Positions 59,288-64,000 of a DNA stretch of 64,000 nucleotides are shown one piece after another. Source of the DNA: Candidatus Methylomirabilia bacterium. Lineage in GTDB: Bacteria > Methylomirabilota > Methylomirabilia > Rokubacteriales > CSP1-6. Position 1 is the stretch's first letter. The number at the start of each line of letters is the position of its first letter. The stretch lies in assembly GCA_046758965.1 (NCBI GenBank), contig JBHIBG010000008.1, forward strand, positions 14,948 to 78,947, written 5' to 3'. The translations under genes and the position numbers were made by a program. The notes beneath the pieces are model-generated. The model had not been told where the DNA came from. It ran no database searches and saw nothing but the letters and a program-made list of their open reading frames with translations.

Positions 59288-59968
59288 GTGAGGGTGGGGA
59301 CCAATGGTGCAGAGAGAGTGCGGCTTGCCGAGCCGGATCTGGGCGAGCTCTCCCGGGTGGGGCAGCTCCGCCCGCTCCGCAGAGGCCAGTCGCTCTTCTT
59401 GACCGGAGGCCTGGAAGACGCTATCCTCCTGGTCACGAGCGGTCGCCTCAAGCTGTCTCGGCTGTCCGCCGAGGGCAAAGAGCTGATCCTCTTTCTCTTC
59501 GAGCCGGGTGACCTGGTCGTGCCCCCCGGGGCCGGAATCCTCAAAGGCGCGGAGCTAATCGTGCAGGCCCTGGAGGACGGCCTCATCGTGGTGGTGAGGC
59601 GCCAGGCCTTTGAAGCGTTCCTGAGGGCTCGACCGGCCGCCGCCGTCGCCGTGATCCAGCAGCTCGCCGCCTGGATCCGCGTCCTCGAGGAACGAGTCGA
59701 GGAAATGGTCTTCAAGGACATCCCCGGACGCCTGGCCAGTGCCCTCCTTCGTCTTGCCGCCGCCTACGGCAATCGGGAGCCGAACGGGGCAGTGGCCGTT
59801 GGGCTCCGGGTGACCCAGCAGGATCTCGCGAACCTTATCGGCGCCAGCCGGGAGATGGTGAACCACGCGCTCTCGAACTGGAAGCGCGAAGGCCTGATCG
59901 AGCTTCACGGGCGCTCCATCGTCATCCTCCGGGCTGAGGCGCTCGAGTCTCTGGAGCCGGTACAGTGA
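59288..59968 (+). CDS. Crp/Fnr-family transcriptional regulator
   Basis: SGRLKL....EGKE cNMP-like domain; TQQDLANLIGASREMVN HTH; start uncertain (GTG 59288 after GGAGGG). Confidence 0.88.
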   Translation: MRVGTNGAERVRLAEPDLGELSRVGQLRPLRRGQSLFLTGGLEDAILLVTSGRLKLSRLSAEGKELILFLFEPGDLVVPPGAGILKGAELIVQALEDGLIVVVRRQAFEAFLRARPAAAVAVIQQLAAWIRVLEERVEEMVFKDIPGRLASALLRLAAAYGNREPNGAVAVGLRVTQQDLANLIGASREMVNHALSNWKREGLIELHGRSIVILRAEALESLEPVQ

Positions 59969-60708
59969 CAGGATACGGAGCGGTGCCGCGCTGGGCGTTT
60001 GTCGCGGCCAGCGTGGCTGTGGGGAGCCTCCTCCTCGCAGGTCAGGCGGCGCTCGCCTACGAAGTGGTAAAGGTCGATGACGGTGGCACGATAACCGGCA
60101 CCGTCAAGTTGTCGGGTTCTGTCCCTCCTCCGCAGAAGCTCGAGGTCACGCGGGACCCCCGAGTGTGTGGGGCGGAGGCAAAGACCGCGGACACGCTCGT
60201 GGCCTCCTCCTCCGGGGGCCTCAAGAACGTGGTGGTCTCCCTGAACGGAATCGAGAAGGGCAAGGCGTTTTCCGACGCTCCCATCGAGCTGGACCAGCGC
60301 AAGTGCTGGTTTACTCCCCACGTGGTGCTGGTCCGGGCCGGGAGATCCTTCACGCTCCTCAACAGCGACAAAGTCCTCCACAACTTCCGGACGCCCGCCA
60401 CCAAGGCGAACCGCGCCCTGAACAAGGCCCAACCGAAGTTCAAGCGCCGGCTCCCGATCACGATCAAGAACCCCGACGTCATCCCGGTCAACTGCGACAT
60501 TCACGAGTGGATGCACGCGGTCATCGTGGTCATGGGCCATCCCTACCACGCGCTCACCGACGACAACGGCGCGTTTACGCTTCCCGACGTCCCGCCCGGG
60601 CGCTACACCCTCACCTTCTGGCACGAGGTCCTGGGCCGGCAGAGCCGCGAGGTCACTGTCAGGGCGGGGGGAGAGACCAAGGTCGCGGCAGAGTTCCGAG
60701 GCAGGTAG
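59965..60708 (+). CDS. Secreted cupredoxin-like/carboxypeptidase-regulatory-like domain protein
   Basis: Signal peptide; DQ.KC.F.PHV, NSD..LHN, CDIHEWM (type-1-copper-like ligand set), VPPG.Y....WHE. Confidence 0.78.
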   Translation: MTGYGAVPRWAFVAASVAVGSLLLAGQAALAYEVVKVDDGGTITGTVKLSGSVPPPQKLEVTRDPRVCGAEAKTADTLVASSSGGLKNVVVSLNGIEKGKAFSDAPIELDQRKCWFTPHVVLVRAGRSFTLLNSDKVLHNFRTPATKANRALNKAQPKFKRRLPITIKNPDVIPVNCDIHEWMHAVIVVMGHPYHALTDDNGAFTLPDVPPGRYTLTFWHEVLGRQSREVTVRAGGETKVAAEFRGR

Positions 60709-60723
60709 CGGCGAGCACCCCCC

Positions 60724-61803
60724 GTGAAACGGCCCTGGCTCTGCGCGCTCCTGGTGGCTGCTCTCGCCACCGCCGCGTCCCCGTCGTGGGGCAACCACGT
60801 CTTCATGCGCGGCGGGCCGTTCGGGGGGGTGGTGCTCCAGATCCTTCCGCACCCCGAGGAGCCCGAGACGCTGTACCTGGCATCTTTCGGGAGCGGGGTG
60901 TTCAGGAGTGTGGATGGAGGGCGGCGGTGGGAAGACGTCTCCCGAGGCCTGGAAGACCTGACCGTGATGACGCTTGCCATGCACCCGGTCGATTCGCGGG
61001 TGCTGTACGCGGGGACTGATTCCGGACTCTTCATCTCCCGGGATGGAGGGGGGGAGTGGAGCCACGGCGGAGCTGGGATTGCAGAGCGAAACATCCGAAG
61101 CCTGGTCGTGGTGCCGAGTCGCCCGACCGTCCTGTACGCGGCGACGGACCAGGGAGTTCTCTGGAGCTGGGATCAGGGAAGGAGCTGGGCCGCCCGCAAC
61201 ACCGAGCTCGGGATCCGCGACGTCCGTGTCCTTCGCCTCGACCCGTCTCATCCCGATCGGCTCTTCGCTGCCGGGTTTGGGGGCGTGTTCAGGAGCGAGG
61301 ACGGGGGAGAGCGCTGGCAGGCGATCACCCGGGGCCTCACGAATCTCCAGGTGAGAACCCTGGCGGGGGATCCGAGCCGCGCCGAGGTACTCTATGCCGG
61401 GACGTCCGGCGGAGGGGTGTTCGTGACGACCGATGGTGGAGCCCACTGGCGGGCCCTCAATGAGGGCCTGGGGAATTTGCGGGTGCTCTCCCTGGCGGTG
61501 ATGCCCGGCGGGGAGCTCTTCGCCGCTACCGTGGGTGGAGTCTACCGCCTGGAGCCGCGGGGATCATCGTGGGAGCGGGTGGGGGAAGGCCCCCTGGCTC
61601 TGACGGTCACGTTCGTTCAGGGTGACTCGCACCGGCCCGGCACGGTCTACGCCGGGACGGGTGGGCTCGTGTTTGTGAGCGAGGATCATGGCCGGCGGTG
61701 GCGGAACCTAGCCGTGTCAGTTGGGGTTTCTGCCGGTCACCAGGATGCCTCGGCGGGCGTCGAGTATCCCGCCGGGACTGACTCTCAAGCGGAAAGGAGG
61801 TGA
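60724..61803 (+). CDS. Secreted BNR/Asp-box beta-propeller protein
   Basis: Signal peptide; repeated G(V/L)F.S.DGG..W Asp boxes. Confidence 0.85.
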   Translation: MKRPWLCALLVAALATAASPSWGNHVFMRGGPFGGVVLQILPHPEEPETLYLASFGSGVFRSVDGGRRWEDVSRGLEDLTVMTLAMHPVDSRVLYAGTDSGLFISRDGGGEWSHGGAGIAERNIRSLVVVPSRPTVLYAATDQGVLWSWDQGRSWAARNTELGIRDVRVLRLDPSHPDRLFAAGFGGVFRSEDGGERWQAITRGLTNLQVRTLAGDPSRAEVLYAGTSGGGVFVTTDGGAHWRALNEGLGNLRVLSLAVMPGGELFAATVGGVYRLEPRGSSWERVGEGPLALTVTFVQGDSHRPGTVYAGTGGLVFVSEDHGRRWRNLAVSVGVSAGHQDASAGVEYPAGTDSQAERR

Positions 61804-61809
61804 GGGCGC

Positions 61810-62313
61810 ATGAGGAAGTGGGTGGCCTTAGGTCTGGTGGCGGGGCTCGTTGGCGCTGTCGTGACCCCGGCCCTGGCTCAGCAAAAGAAGCGACTCACGC
61901 CAGGACCGTACATGGAGACGCTCAAGCCGAGAGACGGCATCGACGCGGCCATCGCGCGGGGGAAGAAGATCTTTAACCAGCTCGGCTGCGCGGGGTGTCA
62001 CCCGAGGGGTGGAACCATTGGCGGAACCGCCTTGATGGCTGACGGCAACCGGATGCCCATCCCCATTCCGAGCCTCCGCGGAGCCGCGCTGCACTATCCG
62101 CGGATCGCGGGCACGGGATACGTAGCAACCATCGGGATCCTCAACGACATGTGAAACACGATCTTCCTCGGCCGTGAGCCGATGGATCCGTACTCACAAG
62201 AATACATTGACCTTGAGGCCTATGTAGCTTCGCTGACCCCGCAAGTGTACAAGACCATGAAGGCGTGGGAGAAGAAGCGGATCAAGCTGGAGAAGAAGGT
62301 TGGCATGCGGTAA
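61810..62313 (+). CDS. Secreted monoheme cytochrome c selenoprotein, SoxA/TsdA-like domain (167 aa, Sec115)
   Basis: AAGGAGG RBS; signal peptide; CAGCH; frame continues past TGA 62152-62154 as NDM-U-NTIFLGREPMDPYSQEYIDLEAYVASLTPQ...GMR* (TAA 62311-62313); SECIS-like hairpin. Confidence 0.85.
62155..62191 (+). promoter_or_regulatory. SECIS-like element (cytochrome c)
   Basis: 11 nt after the TGA: CC-TCGGC-CGTGA-GCCGA-T-GG; lower stem ACGATC/GATCCGT. Confidence 0.72.
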
Positions 62314-62324
62314 CTCCGAGGTGG

Positions 62325-62355
62325 GGGGTGGGGCGGCAGGCCGCCGCCCCACCCC
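62325..62355 (+). other. Perfect 13-bp GC-rich intergenic hairpin without U-tract
   Basis: GGGGTGGGGCGGC-AGGCC-GCCGCCCCACCCC. Confidence 0.75.
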
Positions 62356-62387
62356 GGTTGACACATTGATCGACTTTGAGGAGGGGA

Positions 62388-63149
62388 ATGAGCGCGTGGA
62401 TGCGGGTGGGGATTGCAGCCGGACTGGCGGTGTTGCTGATGGCGACGAGCAGCTGGGCCCAGAACTCACCGAAAGGCGATCTTGCCCTGGGCGAAGCCGT
62501 CTACAAGGAGATCTGCTTCTCCTGCCACGGGGTCAAGGGGGACGGGAAGGGCCCCTCCTGGCTCAACACGAAGCCGCGGCCGCAGGTGTTCATTGATAGG
62601 AACTATATGTCGAGGCTGACCGACCAGTATCTGTTCGAGGTGGTCAAATACGGCAAGCTCGCCGTGCTCCAGCGCAACGTGCCCGACTCCTCGCTCGAGG
62701 CCGTGGCGATGCCCTCTTTCGAGGACGTCCTGGAGGATTCCCAGATCAGGGAGCTGATCGCCTTTGAACGATCGGCCCAGCGCGGCGCTCCGGAGATGTC
62801 GGAGGAGACGCGAGAGATCTTCACCGATGCGTGCGCCGTCTGTCACGGCGCCGAGGGGCGCGGGGACGGGACCCGTCCGAGCAAGGTCCAACCGGCCCCC
62901 CCAGGGTTCGTGAGCGAGATCCAGCCCGCCCCCGCAGACTACCATGACCCGTTGTTCATGGCTCGCTTCGCCGACGAATTTCTGGTCGCGGTGATCAAAA
63001 AGGGGCGGATCGGGGCCACGGAGGAGCTCGGGTTCGACACCATGAAGCCGTACGGGCATATCCTCTCAGATGAGGAGATCTGGGGCGTGATCCGCTATAT
63101 CCGGGAGACCTTTATCAACTCCAACACGAGCAACCCCAGCAAGCCATGA
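62388..63149 (+). CDS. Secreted diheme cytochrome c
   Basis: GAGGAGG RBS; signal peptide; CFSCH and CAVCH, each with a downstream Met (AMPSF, TMKPY). Confidence 0.9.
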   Translation: MSAWMRVGIAAGLAVLLMATSSWAQNSPKGDLALGEAVYKEICFSCHGVKGDGKGPSWLNTKPRPQVFIDRNYMSRLTDQYLFEVVKYGKLAVLQRNVPDSSLEAVAMPSFEDVLEDSQIRELIAFERSAQRGAPEMSEETREIFTDACAVCHGAEGRGDGTRPSKVQPAPPGFVSEIQPAPADYHDPLFMARFADEFLVAVIKKGRIGATEELGFDTMKPYGHILSDEEIWGVIRYIRETFINSNTSNPSKP

Positions 63150-63760
63150 CACGGCTGCGCGCAGCTCTGCTGGTCGTCGTCTACCTTCTCGGGTTCGCGG
63201 CCCTCGCCGTGTCCGGCCCCCGGGGTCCGTTTGAAACCCTGGGACTCATCCCCATCAAGAGCGGCATCACAGCCCCGGACTTCACGCTTGCGGACCTCAA
63301 CGGCAACCCGGTGAGCCTCGCCACCCCGGCCGGGTCGGCCACACTCCTCGTCTTCTGGGGTACCTGGTGACCCTATTGCCGGAGGGAGTTTCCCTCCCTG
63401 GAGGCTCTGTGGCAGGCCAAGCGCAAGCAAGGGCTGCGGGTGATCGGGGTCAACCTCTCCGAGCCCATCGAGCAGGTGAAGGCGTACGTGACCGAGATGC
63501 AGCTGACATTCCCTGTTGTGGTTGACCGGACTGGCGAGGTGGCCCGGGAGTATGGAGTGGTGTTCACTCCCACGCACTTCTTGATCGATCGAGCGGGGGT
63601 CGTTCGGGCAGCGGGCGCCGGCGGCAAAGAGTGGAACGGATCGCTGGCGCATGCTGCCGTTCAGGTTCTCCTCGAGACGGCCCCCGATCGCCATTCGAAA
63701 TCAACGGCCCGGCAGGACCGGGCCGATTCTCCTCCCCAAAGGGGGCCTGAAAGGAGGTGA
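63146..63760 (+). CDS. TlpA-like thioredoxin-fold selenoprotein, UxxC (204 aa, Sec75)
   Basis: ORF-track pieces 63146-63370 and 63440-63760 are in one frame: FWGTW-U-PYCRREFP; cis-Pro motif TPTHFLID. Confidence 0.92.
63371..63397 (+). promoter_or_regulatory. SECIS-like element (Sec-TlpA)
   Basis: 11 nt after the TGA: GAGGGA-GTT-TCCCTC. Confidence 0.78.
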
Positions 63761-63765
63761 GCCCG

Positions 63766-64000
63766 ATGATCCGTCGATCTCTCATGTTGACCTGCGTGGT
63801 CGCTCTGGCACTCCTGGCCTTTGGAGGCTGGGCTGAGGCTGCCAATCCGTGCGCCGCAAAGAACCCGTGCGCGGCTAACCCGTGCGCGGCGAAGAACCCG
63901 TGTGCCGCGAAGAACCCGTGCGCTGCTAACCCCTGCGCAGCGAAGAACCCCTGCGCGGCGAAGAACCCGTGCGCGGCCAACCCGTGTGCCGCGAAGAACC
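63766..64000 (+). CDS. Secreted protein with tandem NPCAA(K) repeats (partial, runs off window)
   Basis: AAGGAGGTGA RBS; MIRRSLMLTCVVALALLAFGGWAEA signal peptide, then 9 complete NPCAA/NPCAAK units. Confidence 0.88.
   Translation, partial: MIRRSLMLTCVVALALLAFGGWAEAANPCAAKNPCAANPCAAKNPCAAKNPCAANPCAAKNPCAAKNPCAANPCAAKN
63844..64000 (+). repeat. Coding tandem repeat, 15/18-nt units with 51-nt higher-order period
   Basis: Unit lengths in aa 6,5,6,6,5,6,6,5,6; variation only at synonymous positions. Confidence 0.9.

Noticed and set aside
61810..63149. Calling the cytochromes soxA/soxX or tsdA/tsdB
   Set aside because: Only motif-level resemblance; the protein is monoheme and short, lacks the active-site Arg residues, and no soxYZB genes are in the window.
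47091..63760. Treating the split UGSC, selD, cytochrome and TlpA genes as nonsense pseudogenes, or as genetic code 4/25
   Set aside because: Each TGA falls on a catalytic-Cys-type position with a 3' hairpin; many ordinary genes here end in TGA and Trp is encoded by TGG.
63564..63980. Minus-strand ORF with AAHGFF repeats
   Set aside because: Reverse complement of the NPCAAK gene, which has the RBS, signal peptide and synonymous-only variation.
63844..64000. Tandem repeat as a CRISPR array
   Set aside because: No unique spacers; units are codon multiples inside an ORF; no cas genes in the window.

Overview
GC-rich bacterial window with about 65 protein genes. Gene content and style suggest Methylomirabilota/Rokubacteria, but this is inference only. 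The left end is a small defence/toxin-antitoxin islet (nucleotidyltransferase, Mrr, HicA/HicB, Doc). The middle is mostly metabolic: a Ski2/HelY-like helicase, a Liv-type ABC transporter with doubled permease/ATPase set, acyl-CoA dehydrogenases, hot-dog dehydratases, an envelope ABC/LolA-like module, an ECF sigma-TlpA-CcdA unit, thrB, dcd and an orphan Pup. The main result is that five genes which the ORF track splits or misses are single ORFs with an in-frame TGA, each followed after 11 nt by a G-containing stem-loop resembling a bacterial SECIS. They are a CMD/AhpD-like protein (6383-6634), a UGSC-motif protein (47091-47627), SelD (54640-55719), a secreted monoheme cytochrome c (61810-62313) and a TlpA-like UxxC thioredoxin (63146-63760). 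In the cytochrome, the TGA falls where SoxA/TsdA-type domains carry the distal heme-ligating Cys, which predicts a His/Sec-ligated heme. It lies in a co-directional cluster (53671 to beyond 64000): LysR, selD, PhnCDE-like ABC transporter, Crp/Fnr regulator, cupredoxin-like protein, beta-propeller, Sec-cytochrome c, diheme cytochrome c, Sec-TlpA and a secreted NPCAA(K)-repeat protein. This cluster is the best candidate for an undescribed system. All family calls come from motif recognition by eye; no searches were run.
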